Position numbers and translations under genes: made by a program
The notes under the pieces: generated by a model
The model's input: only the letters and a program-made list of their open reading frames with translations
The model's database searches: none
What the model was told of the DNA's origin: nothing
Assembly: GCA_020632075.1 (NCBI GenBank)
Contig: JACKGH010000001.1
Span: 131,216 to 195,215, forward strand
DNA: 64,000 nucleotides
Direction of reading: 5' to 3'
Origin: Candidatus Nomurabacteria bacterium
Lineage (GTDB): Bacteria; Patescibacteriota; Minisyncoccia; Phycocordibacterales; UBA918
Shown here: one piece after another, positions 34,438-46,000 of the stretch
Layout: each line of letters opens with the position of its first letter
How positions within the stretch are numbered: the stretch's first letter is position 1

Positions 34438-35538
34438 TTGAACACTTATTATTATATGCTATCGCATCGCTCTGTTGTGGCTCTGTCTGCTCGATTTCTC
34501 ATTATATTTTCTGCTTTTCTTGCGCTCAGTTTTTTCTTCTCACTTCCAGTTCATGCACAAGAAGGACTTGGTATCAAGCCTGCCGTTATCGAAGAATCTC
34601 TTGATCCTGGTGCGGTGCAGCAGTATGTGATCGAGGTAGAGAACTTGAATCCTAGAGATCAAGAATACTTTGTGTTCACTAGAAACATCTCTGGTGTTGG
34701 ACCTGGTGGTGTTCCGATCTTTGCACAAGATAATTTGGAGAAGACAGGATATGAGTTAGCTGACTGGATAGAGCTTCCATACACACAGGTTACCATCCCT
34801 GCAGGTCAGAAGGTTTCTCTTTCCATCACTATGAACGTGCCTGAAAATGCTTCACCTGGTAGTCACTTTGGTGGTGTATTCTTCTCAGTAGAACCTCCTG
34901 AGGTGGATATGGTGGGCGCAGCGATTGGTTACCAAGTTGCCAATATCATCAGTATTCGTATTTCTGGTGATGTGATCGAGAAGGCAAATATCCGACAGTT
35001 TTCAACAGATAAATTTATCTATGGTGCACCAAAGGTCAATTTTAACGTGCGTATCGAGAACGAAGGTAATGTGCTCGTTCGTCCGGTTGGTCCGCTTGAG
35101 ATCCACAACATGCTTGGTAACAAGGTTGGTACGATCATTTTCAATGAAGCACAAGCTGGAGTCTTTCCAAAGTCAACCAAGGAGTTTGACGAAATCGTCT
35201 GGGATGGTGGTACGACTGGTTTTGGTCGCTATGAAGCGATTTTGAGTCCGGTATACGGTGAAACAGGAGCTATCAATACAATGTCGAGTACGGTAACCTT
35301 CTGGGTTCTGCCGATGAACATCATTGGTCCGGCACTGATCGTGTTGGCGGTGGTTCTTTTGGTCACATTCGTTTTTGTGCGGTTGTATATCAAGCGTTCA
35401 CTTGCACACATGACTCAAGGTCGTCGCATTATTAGACAGCGTCGTCGTGGTGGTCCGTCATCCCTCATGCTGTTCACTGTTGTGATGCTTACCGTGACCG
35501 CACTATTCCTCATCGTATTGCTAGCGCTCTTTGCGTAA
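34438..35538 (+). CDS. Cell-surface protein with signal peptide, two beta-rich domains, and a C-terminal TM anchor with an Arg-rich tail (DUF916/DUF3324-like architecture)
   Basis: The topology is read from the sequence. The family call rests on a weak motif impression only. Confidence 0.5.
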   Translation: MNTYYYMLSHRSVVALSARFLIIFSAFLALSFFFSLPVHAQEGLGIKPAVIEESLDPGAVQQYVIEVENLNPRDQEYFVFTRNISGVGPGGVPIFAQDNLEKTGYELADWIELPYTQVTIPAGQKVSLSITMNVPENASPGSHFGGVFFSVEPPEVDMVGAAIGYQVANIISIRISGDVIEKANIRQFSTDKFIYGAPKVNFNVRIENEGNVLVRPVGPLEIHNMLGNKVGTIIFNEAQAGVFPKSTKEFDEIVWDGGTTGFGRYEAILSPVYGETGAINTMSSTVTFWVLPMNIIGPALIVLAVVLLVTFVFVRLYIKRSLAHMTQGRRIIRQRRRGGPSSLMLFTVVMLTVTALFLIVLLALFA

Positions 35539-35557
35539 GCTGCGGTACACTATCTGT

Positions 35558-35965
35558 ATGGATATACAGCACAGCACATATCACAAATTTTTACGCGTAG
35601 CACTTGTCGTGTGTGCGGTGGTGTTGGTGTTTGAGAGTGGGCTGTTGAGTGAATCAACCGCACGAGTTGCTGAGGGTACACATGCATATCTCGCAAACGC
35701 AGTTGGAATGTCTGCCTCTGTACAGCCAACAGAACTCAATACCCTTACAGCTGAATTGACTGCTAAACAGCGTGAACTTGATGCTCGCGAAGCAGCACTT
35801 CGTGAGCGAGAAATTGCAGTCGATCTTAACTCTGGTGCTGTTAGCTCGAATACGTCTTCATATGTACTCTCCAGCATCCTGTTCGTACTGTTGGTGCTTA
35901 TCATACTCAACTACGCATTAGACTATTTACGGTCTCGTGAGGAGCGTGAGGTGCAACCTGTGTAA
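35558..35965 (+). CDS. Small membrane-anchored coiled-coil protein
   Basis: TM helix, an AELTAKQRELDAREAALREREIAV coiled coil, then a C-terminal TM. Its frame overlaps the previous gene's 3' end. Confidence 0.4.
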   Translation: MDIQHSTYHKFLRVALVVCAVVLVFESGLLSESTARVAEGTHAYLANAVGMSASVQPTELNTLTAELTAKQRELDAREAALREREIAVDLNSGAVSSNTSSYVLSSILFVLLVLIILNYALDYLRSREEREVQPV

Positions 35966-36016
35966 TGCTGCAAAAACCCTTAGTTCGGCAGGGTACAATG
36001 TACTAGAAAGTACGAC

Positions 36017-37918
36017 ATGAAAGCTGCTTTGAGACAGTGGATTCAGTTATTTGTGGTGCTCATCGTGTGTGTGATGGGGTACTTGTCTGTGCCACAATCT
36101 GCCGAAGCCCTCAACAACATCATTGAGTACAGCGACACCCTCTCCGACTCAGGTCCTAACGAGCAGTCAAATCATACGTTTAAGTTTGTGCTCAATGCTG
36201 ATGCAGGTCCTGGTACTGTGTTTGAATTTACACCACCAGCTGGGTTTGCCATTCTGTCTACCACTACGTTTGCTGAGCGTAATGTTGAACTGTGGGTCAA
36301 CGGCGCGGTTCGCACCTCAGCTGCAGTTGCCTCTCCGGGGGTAGATCAAGTTGATATCACGACAGGATCTCCTGGTCTTATCCAGTATACTCTCGCGCCT
36401 GACTACAGCATTACCTCGGGAAGTAGATTAGAGTTTAGGGTTGGAAGTCAGGCATCAACAGCTATCCAGCCCTATGCTGTGTATAGTACAAGCACCGGGT
36501 CTACGACGGTGCCTGGTGATGCTGAACCGATCGTGAATGCAGGAACGACCGGTCTTCAGAAGGTCGCACTTGAAGTTATTGATGGCACAACGATCGCGAA
36601 CATCGATTTTCTCATTTTCCTGGTGGAAAAAGTGTCAGTTCCGGGTGTTGATACCACTGAGGAAATTCCACCGTATCGATTCAATGGTTCTCCGACTAGC
36701 TCAGTTGGTGGTACGACACTCAGTGTAGAGATCTCTCTCGAAACCGATGAGTTCGCGATCTGTAAGTTTGATACGGTCGCTGGCACATCTTTTGCAGCTA
36801 TGCCTCATACTTTTTCAAACACCGGTCTCATCTTCCATTCGCAAGTAGTAGCTGTGACGCCAGACTCGGTACAGCAGTTCTATGTGCGCTGTATTGACGA
36901 CGAGGATAACTTCAATATTGATGACTACTTGATCATCTTTACGGTCAACGAGATCCCAACCGGTAGTGCAAACACTGAAGGTAGCACGAGTGGAGACGGT
37001 TCAGGTTCTGGTGATGAGGGTACAGGTACTGGTAGTGGAGGCGGAGGTGAGTCTGGTGATTCAAACGGAGAACAACCACTTGAAGGTGGTTCGTCAGGCT
37101 CTGGTGGTTCAGGCGGTGGCGGTGGCGGTGGTTCAGGCGGCAATAGTGGCGGCACTTCCGGTGGCGGCTTTGAGGATGATGCACCGTATCAGAGCGGAGA
37201 CGGTCGCGTTATCATTTCTGGATACGCATATCCAAATAGTACGGTTGGTATTTTGGTTGATGGTAATTTCTTCGACACCACGCGTGCCAATTCTTCTGGT
37301 GAGTACTCGATCACGCTCGATGAGATCGCGCGTGGTGTGTACACGTTCGGTGTGTACGCAAGTGGTCCAGACGATACAAGGTCTTCAACTTTCAGCACCT
37401 CGTTTACAGTTACAGGAGCACGAACGTCCGAGCTTACAAACGTAAACGTCGCTCCATCAATTTTAGTTGAACCAGATCCAGTCGATCCTGGTGAGACACT
37501 GACAGTGTCAGGATACGCGCTGCCAAATGCAACAGTTTCGGTGCAAAACGGTAAGTTACGCTCGACGATCATTAAAGATTTTACACTTACGTCAAACGCT
37601 TCTGGTTTTTGGAGCACGACGATAGATACGTCTAGTTTTTCAGAAGGGACTTACCAGATCAGGGCAAAATCTGAGCAGACCGGGGGAGCAAAGACAAACT
37701 GGTCTGAGTACACATATTATGGTGTTGGTGGGGAAGCGGATGTGCCGATCAATGCCGACCTGAACCGTGACGGAAAGGTTAACCTAGTCGACTTCTCGAT
37801 CCTTCTTTTCTGGTGGGCTTCTAATGGCGGGGATTCAGATCCGCCAGCAGATATCAATCGCGATGGTACAGTGAGCCTTACTGACTTTTCAATCATGCTC
37901 TTTAACTGGACAGGTTAG
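36017..37918 (+). CDS. Secreted surface protein with a Gly/Ser-rich linker and a C-terminal type-I dockerin domain
   Basis: Signal peptide. The dockerin duplicated segment is DLNRDGKVNLVDFSILLFWW ... DINRDGTVSLTDFSIMLFNW. The poly-Gly linker GGSGGGGGGGSGG is also present. Confidence 0.7.
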   Translation: MKAALRQWIQLFVVLIVCVMGYLSVPQSAEALNNIIEYSDTLSDSGPNEQSNHTFKFVLNADAGPGTVFEFTPPAGFAILSTTTFAERNVELWVNGAVRTSAAVASPGVDQVDITTGSPGLIQYTLAPDYSITSGSRLEFRVGSQASTAIQPYAVYSTSTGSTTVPGDAEPIVNAGTTGLQKVALEVIDGTTIANIDFLIFLVEKVSVPGVDTTEEIPPYRFNGSPTSSVGGTTLSVEISLETDEFAICKFDTVAGTSFAAMPHTFSNTGLIFHSQVVAVTPDSVQQFYVRCIDDEDNFNIDDYLIIFTVNEIPTGSANTEGSTSGDGSGSGDEGTGTGSGGGGESGDSNGEQPLEGGSSGSGGSGGGGGGGSGGNSGGTSGGGFEDDAPYQSGDGRVIISGYAYPNSTVGILVDGNFFDTTRANSSGEYSITLDEIARGVYTFGVYASGPDDTRSSTFSTSFTVTGARTSELTNVNVAPSILVEPDPVDPGETLTVSGYALPNATVSVQNGKLRSTIIKDFTLTSNASGFWSTTIDTSSFSEGTYQIRAKSEQTGGAKTNWSEYTYYGVGGEADVPINADLNRDGKVNLVDFSILLFWWASNGGDSDPPADINRDGTVSLTDFSIMLFNWTG

Positions 37919-37975
37919 TTCATAGTGTGGGTAATTATGATTTTATTTACGAGCGAGACAGTATAATGTTGTTGT

Positions 37976-38449
37976 ATGTCCTTTCTGCAAAGACTCAAGG
38001 GTAGGGGCGTCCGCGATGGTGAGGGGCTTTTGTCTGACGCTGAAGAAACAGCGGTTGATAAAGTTGCTCAGCTACATGTAGACGTATTTCAAACAGAGCG
38101 TCTCATTGTGGTGTATGCGCAGTCAGCAGGCGCAGACATGAATGATGTACATGTGTCTATCGAGGGCGATGCTGACATTGTGTTGATCGAAGGTAAGCGT
38201 GTGCGACCAGAGTACATCGTCTTCCCAAAGAAAAAAGTTAAAGGATCATTTGTGGCCGAAGAGTGTGTCTGGGGTGATTTTTACCGTCGTATCATTTTGC
38301 CTGAGAGTGTGAACATCGATAAGGCGGAAGCAAAGATTAAAAACGGTGTGCTTATCTTGGTACTCCCACTGCTTAAGCCAAGTGAGAAAGAGAAGGTCGA
38401 ACTTCGAGTTACTACTGGACGTAAGCCACTAAAGAGAGATACCAAATAA
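37976..38449 (+). CDS. Hsp20/alpha-crystallin family small heat-shock protein
   Basis: ACD core ...VEECVWGDFYRRIILPESVNIDKAEAKIKNGVLILVLP. Confidence 0.8.
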   Translation: MSFLQRLKGRGVRDGEGLLSDAEETAVDKVAQLHVDVFQTERLIVVYAQSAGADMNDVHVSIEGDADIVLIEGKRVRPEYIVFPKKKVKGSFVAEECVWGDFYRRIILPESVNIDKAEAKIKNGVLILVLPLLKPSEKEKVELRVTTGRKPLKRDTK

Positions 38450-38455
38450 TTGTAA

Positions 38456-40006
38456 TTGTTCATTTGTTCTATGTTGTACCTTGTGAGACGAATTGTTCCT
38501 TACCTAATACTCCTCGTCAGTGCGTGGGTATTTTGTGCGTTTGGAGCACTGACTGCTTTTGCAGCAGATCTCTCACTTTCTCCAAGTACAGGTTCGTATT
38601 CTGTCGGTCAGACATTCACTGCGACCATTCGTGCCTTGCCAAGTGGCGATAACATTAACGCAGTTGAGGCGACTTTAAAATTTGACCCTGCTGTTCTCTC
38701 GGTTGTCAGCTTGAGTAAGAATGGTTCTGCATTTTCACTTTGGACGACAGAGCCAAAGTTCTCTAACTCTGCCGGAACCATTGAATTTGGCGGCGGAAGT
38801 CCAACTCCATTTACTACGAACTCTGATCTGGTAGTTGTTACCTTTAGAACTGTTGCTGAAGGTTCTGGTTCTGTCACATTTTCAAATGCATCAGTGCTCG
38901 CTGCAGATGGTCGCGGTACAGATGTTTACAAAAATGGAGCTAGTGCAAACTACACCATCACCGGTGCAGCAACTCCAACCCCTACACCGACACCAGACAC
39001 AACTCCAACCCCTACCCCAACTCCAGATGAGGAAGATGATGACCAGGCGATTATCTTCGGGGATCCGCCTAGACAGCCAGAAATTGGTTCACAAGTTTTC
39101 TTAGACCCGGATGTCTGGTACAGCGAAACTGAAGGTTTGTTTACCTGGACTCTACCATTTGATGTTAACGTAGTTGCAATCGAGATCACTGACGATCCAG
39201 AAAACCGTCCAGAGGAAAATGAGGATGCGGTTATCGATCCACCAGTTGAGGAATTCTTGATTACAAAAGATATCATTACTGATGGTGTCCAGTATGTAAG
39301 CGTCAACTTCAAGAACCAAGTTGGTTGGGGAGCAGTGACAAACCGTAAGCTCATGATCGACACAACTGCACCTGAGCCATTTGCGATCAATGTGCAGGCT
39401 GGTACTTCTAAAGACTCATTCCCGATTCTTCGGTTTGAGGCAAATGACCGCACGTCAGGCGTCGAGTACTATGACATGACCATCGCTGATAAGGAGCCGA
39501 TCCGCATCACGCCTGATGAAGCTCGCCTTGGCTATTTGCTCAAAGAACTTGAGGATGGTACCTACACTGTGAAAGTTGTAGCGTCTGACATGGCCGGTAA
39601 CACCCGTGAAAGTAGTGTGGCTGTACTGATCACTGCTGGTTGGGTAAAACCAGTTGAGGTGGTAGACGAAGGATCATTCTGGGATTTTCTCACACCGATC
39701 AATCTCTTCATCTTCTTCTTGCTTGTTATCATCATTCTGCAGATCATCTACTTCTGGTACGAGCACAAGAAACTTAAGGAGCGAGAGGAAAAACTGCGTC
39801 GCGAAACGAGAGAGATCCAGGATCAGATGGAGAAGATCTTCTCAGCACTTCGCGATGAGATTTACGATCAAATAAACACCATCACAAAACGAAAGCGTTT
39901 GTCAGCAAAGGAGAAGGAAGCAGTTGAAGCACTTACACAAGCACTTGAAGTCTCCGAGACCTTGATTGAAAAGGAAATCAATGATGTAAAGACAATTCTC
40001 AAGTAA
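38456..40006 (+). CDS. Cohesin-domain surface protein with a Thr/Pro linker, a C-terminal TM helix and a cytoplasmic coiled coil
   Basis: Signal peptide. The cohesin-like beta-sandwich segment runs LSLSPSTGSYSVGQTFTATIRA...ATLKFDPAVLSVVSLSKN...VVVTFRTVAEGSGSVTF. The TPTPTPTPD linker, the TM helix INLFIFFLLVIIILQIIYFW and the KLKEREEKLRRE coiled coil follow. Confidence 0.6.
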   Translation: MFICSMLYLVRRIVPYLILLVSAWVFCAFGALTAFAADLSLSPSTGSYSVGQTFTATIRALPSGDNINAVEATLKFDPAVLSVVSLSKNGSAFSLWTTEPKFSNSAGTIEFGGGSPTPFTTNSDLVVVTFRTVAEGSGSVTFSNASVLAADGRGTDVYKNGASANYTITGAATPTPTPTPDTTPTPTPTPDEEDDDQAIIFGDPPRQPEIGSQVFLDPDVWYSETEGLFTWTLPFDVNVVAIEITDDPENRPEENEDAVIDPPVEEFLITKDIITDGVQYVSVNFKNQVGWGAVTNRKLMIDTTAPEPFAINVQAGTSKDSFPILRFEANDRTSGVEYYDMTIADKEPIRITPDEARLGYLLKELEDGTYTVKVVASDMAGNTRESSVAVLITAGWVKPVEVVDEGSFWDFLTPINLFIFFLLVIIILQIIYFWYEHKKLKEREEKLRRETREIQDQMEKIFSALRDEIYDQINTITKRKRLSAKEKEAVEALTQALEVSETLIEKEINDVKTILK

Positions 40007-40037
40007 CGTTTACGAAAAATCCACAACTTTGATGCAT

Positions 40038-40069
40038 ATACCGCGCACTTCTACCAAAGTGCGCGGTAT
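40038..40069 (+). terminator. Hairpin ATACCGCGCAC-(10-nt loop)-GTGCGCGGTAT; its right arm overlaps two TATAAT -10-like hexamers (40067-40078) upstream of the giant gene
   Basis: Read directly from the sequence. It may act as both terminator and promoter. Confidence 0.5.
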
Positions 40070-40096
40070 AATTATAATTAGCCCTTTCTCTACCAA

Positions 40097-43000
40097 GTGG
40101 GGAATGGGGCTGTAGTTGATGTGAGTGTAAGTAGATTGCACAACTCAATAAAGAATAGAATAAAAGCCAATTTTAAAGCGCCGGAGCGGAGGAAGCAGTG
40201 TTTTAGTGGTGTCAAAAAAGTCTTGCATCCAAAGGTCTTTGTTTTACTTCTTCTGGCTCTGGTGGCGCTTCCTTACGTGCATGCGCAATTTTCATCAGAT
40301 GCGTACTCTATTCGAACCGTACATGTCTTTCCGTCAGTAGTTACGGGTGATGGTTGGAATAATCTTGAATCTATTACTTTCCAGAATCTTGAAGAATACG
40401 CTTTGTTTGATGAGTTTAATGACATCAATTCAGCGACCATGAATCTCAGCAGAGCTTCAATGTATCAGCGTGGGAAAGAGTACGTTGATTCGTCTATTGA
40501 AACAGTGGTCGATCAGAATTCAGATTTGAATGAAGTAGTAGATGATGTTGTGGTTCCATCTGCAGAATCAGTTGCTGGTGGTGAGCAAAGTGGCACATCA
40601 ACACCTGGAATTGAGTCTGCCGAGATGTATGCTTCCACGAGTGCTAAAGCTGAGTCACAAGCTCCTACAGAAGCTGATATTTTGATAGTGCCAGAAACTA
40701 GCGTAGTAACAACAACTGATTCTGTCTCGACTGATCTCTCAACGACGACAGTGCTGAAAAAAGTAGAATCCGTATTTGCCTTAGCGGTTGAGGCAGTTAC
40801 CGAATTCTTTGGTATGGAGACTGCAACTACAACAGTTGAGAAGGTTGTGTCCACGTCTACTCCAGAGCTTGATTTGGAGACATCTCCAACAAGTACTGAC
40901 TCAGTCGTCTTTGGTGCGCAAAGTGAGATGGTGTCAACGAGTGCACTGTTATTAAGCGCAAGCACTTCAGTTGTCGCTGATGTTGTTGCAACATCAGCGA
41001 CAACGACTGTGCAGAGTGAAGTGTCTGTGGAGACAGAGCCTGTTGATTTTGTAGAACCTTCTCAGAACACTGAGTCTGCATCTAGTACTCCGTGCGCTGA
41101 AAATTGTGGATCGTACGAGATAGCTCTTAATGATTTTGGTTATCCACTTGGTGAGCAGGTTGAGATAACTGGTGCTCAATTACGGCTATCATTTGCTGCA
41201 CAAACTCGAACCACCAGAGATGCTATTCCTGAATTTTCTCTTGTATACAGTGTCGATGGTGAACAAACGTGGCTGGCAGCAGGAACTATTCTTATTGATG
41301 AGGAGGTTTCAAATAGTATCAACGGCGGTTTCTTCCTTTTTGCATTGCCTGAGGTCACTGATCAGGTCTCGCTTAATACCTTGTCGGTTAAGCTCAAGTA
41401 CAATGACGATCCATACAATCTTTCTGGCCTGTTTGTCGAGAGTGTCTGGCTTGAGCTCTTTACGATTGAGCCCCCTGAAATGGAACCCCTTCAGGATGTT
41501 GCAGCTCTTTTGGCTGATGATGGCTACTCAGATGAGATGTTGAGCGGCGATATTTTACAGTTGCCAGATGGTGAGCATTTACGCTTTAAATTTACTGACG
41601 ACAACACTGATGAGTCGTTGGTAATCAAGACAACTGAACGTACGTACGAAGGTTTTTCTGAGGTGGCAACCTATTTCAGTGTAACGAACACGAGCGACGA
41701 GGTTGATGACATTACGGTACAAGCGTACTTCCCAGATGGGGTTGGAGAAGTGGTGTCAATAGAAAAGTTTACACAAAATAAGCCTAGAGATGTTGTCGTT
41801 CCTGAGTATCGACCGTATGTGTATCACTGTGAAGCTGGCTGGGAATACGCTGGTGAAGTTACGGCGGAGAGTCTCGAGGAGTTGTCGCAGCAGCTTTCTT
41901 TGCCAAGAATTTCCGCTCCAGCAGAAATACTGGAAACCAGCACGTCGACTGCTTCTGATAATTCAGTAAATCAGGTTGAACAGGTGGCTACTTCGACTGA
42001 GGAGATAGAAGTTCCTACGGTAGAATTTGATCTTCCAGCATCATCTGCAACAACCACTGTGCTACGGCAACTGCCAGGTGTTTCTGCGCTATTGCAGTTT
42101 TCTACTACAACTTTGATCGACAATGACAACGAGTTGTCGGATGTAACAAGTTCGTCGTCAGAGGCTAATTCTGATGAAGCTAATCTTGGCGACGGTGAAG
42201 ATCTGATTGAAGCATATGCTTGTCGAAACACAAATGTTGTGCGTAAGTGTGATGAGTTAGATGGTTCAAATACCGCATGTCGGGTGAATCAGGTAAAGGT
42301 GGCAGAATATGAGGTTGTGAAGTATGCGCCGGGTTGGGTGCAGACAGCTATAGCTGAAGGGGCAATGTCAGAGCCGGGATTCTTCAAAAGGGCGATTCAG
42401 TTTATTGGCTTTGGTCCTGATGTGAAGGAGGTTCCTGAGCAATTTGAAGTACGTACACATACGCCTGATACTCACACTATTCAGCCAGGTGAGACGCTGT
42501 ACTTCAAGATGAATATTGCATTTCCACCGTTCTCTCGTGGTGAGTACTGGATTGAAGCTGTTGGTGATAGTGAGTATGGTCTACTTGACCCGTTCTGGTC
42601 TTCTGAGTGGTCATATCGAATGCCGATACGGGTTTCTAACCCTACAGGAAGCGATCAAACAGAGTACCAAGTCTTCTTTGAACTCGACAGCGCTTTAACG
42701 GATTTCTGGAGTAATGTAAACAGTGATGGTTCAGACATCCGATTCATCCAAGAGTTGCCAAGTGGCACATTTAGCAATGAAGGTACAGCTGTCAATAATT
42801 GGCTTGACTTTGATTTTACGCATCGCATTCCAATCGAAATTCCTGCTGGATCAGTTGATGCTGATCTAACTGATTTCCCAATTTCAATTGATTTGTCTTC
42901 GCTTGGGTCTGACTTTTGGACAAATGTTAAAAGCGATGGTGGTGATGTGCGCGTGTACACATCAGGAGGTACAGAAGTGGCCATTGACCTGGCACACTTC

Positions 43001-46000
43001 GATTCTGCGACTGAGCTGGGTGAGTTGCATTTCCTGGCGTCATCTGTGCCGGCCCAGTCTGCAACAACATATTACTTGTACTATGGAGATAGTACGTTGT
43101 CTGGATATGCTGACACGGACCCGCTTGGATCTCAGGCAGTATGGGTAAATTATAATGCGGTGTATCACTTTAATGATGATCCAACGACAGTTGGAAATAT
43201 CATCGCCGACGAAACTGGTAATGGTAATGATTTAGAGGTGTTCAGTGCTGGTCTTGCCACAACTACAGGTCAGTTTGGTTTGGCTGTTGACCTTACCGGG
43301 ACAGGGTCTGGATACCTTTCGAGTACTACTTGGTCATTCCCTGGTGGAGATCCGCTGATTGTAACAGGTTCGTACTACATGACTTCTGAGCAGAACGAAG
43401 GCCTGTTTCAGTGGGGTAATGGCGGTGCTGGAGATCAGATAGAGTTTAGACCATGGTACAACACAACCAATGGATTGTTCTACTTTGGTGTTACTGGTGG
43501 CGCTACATACAACACCTTACCGCAGGCGACGACATCCTGGCATGGCTTTGCGGTGATGGGTACAACCTCCGCTTCTGGGGAGAATATAGCGTTTGAAGAC
43601 GGTAAGGAGGTGCTTCGTGTTGCTCAGACAATTGCTAACCCTTCCAACACGATCGGATTTGAAGTGGGTCGAGAAGGGGGTGGCTCAATCAATGCCTTTA
43701 TTGATGAGCTTCGAGTTGCAACGAGTACCCGTTCAGAAGCTCGCATAAAAGCAGAATCAATCGCCCTTGAAGCTCCTGAGCAGTTGTACGTACTACAACC
43801 GATTCAGGTGCCTAATAATGCCGCCAACTTGTCATGGTATAGCACTAGTTGGGATGGTCGCATCAGATTATCGATTCCAGCAGCAAAGATCCAAGAGGAT
43901 CTAACAGATTTCCCGGTGTATCTAGATCTTGGAACACTGGGTAGCTCATTCTTTACGAGTGTAGCAAGTGATGGTCGAGATATACGAGTGACTGAAGGTG
44001 ATGGTGTGACTGAGGTGCCAATTGAAATAGTAGAGATTAATACAGGAGCAGGGACAGGTGAAATGTACTTTAAGGCTGACTTATCAACCTCAGGCGCCAA
44101 TGATTTTTACGTCTACTTCGATAATTCTGACGTAAGTGCGTATGGTGATGATGATACCTACGGTGCGCACAACGTGTGGACCAACGGGTTCCAAGCTGTT
44201 TACCACCTTAGCGAAGACGCTAGTGGTACCGGTAATCCAGATGTGTACTTAGACTCAACAGCCAACGAATATCATGGTGATGACGAAAACTCATCAAATG
44301 GTAAGAGTGGACTTTTTGGGTCAGGTCAGGAGTTTGGCGACAGTCAAGTTGACTACATTAGTTTGCCATATCAAGTCATGGATGGACTCACTGATAATAC
44401 TGTATCGTGGTGGCATATTTCTTCAACTTCTGGAGATCAGACGATTGTAAGCGGTGCGAATAGTACTCAATTCAATGAGTTCTGGGAACGTCTTGATAAC
44501 AATACGACAATTGTTGTGTACTCACAGGGTGCTGGAGAGACATTTACTCTTGATAACCCATCCACTTACAACGATGACACTTGGCAGTTCTTCATGACCA
44601 CATCACAGGATGATATTGACGAAATGAATCTCTATCGTAATGGTGTGCCCGATAATGAAAATCCAGACCCACAACCGATCGTTGCGCTCGATATCGAACC
44701 AGGTGGTCTGATCATTGGTCAAGATCAGGACGCCCTTGGCGGTAGCTTTAGTACAGCTGAGAACTTCGAAGGTATTTTGGACGAACTACGCTTTGCAAGT
44801 GTTGTTCGTAGTGAAGGTTGGGCTGCAGCTGTGTATGACAACATGGCTAATCAAAGCTCATTCATCTCGACCTCATCATCTGAAAGCCTCCAGGCCACTA
44901 CTTTCGTTGAGTTAGATTATTGGTTGCAGTATTTTGACAGCACTGCTGATGAGGCTGACATCTGGGTTCAGGTTGAAGATTTGCCGGCTGACGAAGATGC
45001 AGTCATTTATCTTTACTACGGCAACGTAGGTGCCCCAAGTGTTAGTGATGAGCTAGCAACCTTCTCGTACAGCACTTCGACTGATCTGTACTACGTTGTA
45101 GATAATAGCGGTGTAACGCAGTTGTCGGTAACAAGCTTGATTGATGGTAACGAGGTGTCACTCGATGGCGCAGCCGCAATCGCTCTTGATCAAGGAGAGT
45201 CAACTACGTTTGGTTCAGTCTCAAACACGTCTGTGATTAGTGCGCTTGGTCCTATTTCAGGAACGCTCACTGGTTCTGGTAATGATAGCTCAGATAGTAT
45301 TGCGCCTATTAGTTTTGCTACCACAACATTTGCGATTCCGCTTAACCGCTCAGCCAACCGTTGGTACATGCTGTCTCCGTACGCGAGCACGACAGTACGC
45401 ACGTACATTGGTAATAGCGGAACAGCAAACCAAACATTTAACATCACTACAGGGGCTGGTGCTACTGCAACCACTGATCCAGCAGATTCGGGAACCGGGA
45501 CGGACGGTAGTGGTGTTGTGATCGAGTCTACCAGTCCTATTTTGGTCTCTCACAGAAGTACCAATCCTGGTGATGGTATTGTTGCTTACCCACCAACAAC
45601 AAGAGACATTTTCGGTGTCGATTCTCAGTATTTCCATCTATCTGCTACTGCTGATGATCCGGATCCAACAGTATATTGTTCAAATGGTTCTGGAGGAAGT
45701 CCTACAGGTACAACTCGGGGTGAGAAAGATGATATCACTCAGTGTACAACCGGTTCTGAAGGTACAGGTTCTGCTGTGCGTTTTGCTGGTGCAGCAACAC
45801 CAATCGCAGCGGTACAGTTTGCAGACTCTGATGGTAATGAGGCTACAGCGTTTTGGGCGCAGCATGATTTTGGAACTCGCTATGCAATGACAAACGACAG
45901 TGCGTACGCAGCCGTTGTCTGTTCGCCCCGTTTTGCAAGTGTTGATCTTGAAGTAATTGACTCCTCTGGTAGTACGATCAGTTCTGGCACCTGCACGCCA

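Noticed and set aside
36925-37445. Several 76-159-aa ORFs on both strands inside the Gly-rich region of the dockerin protein gene
   Set aside because: They are produced by the GGT/GGC-rich low-complexity stretch. The spanning plus-strand frame carries the signal peptide and dockerin.
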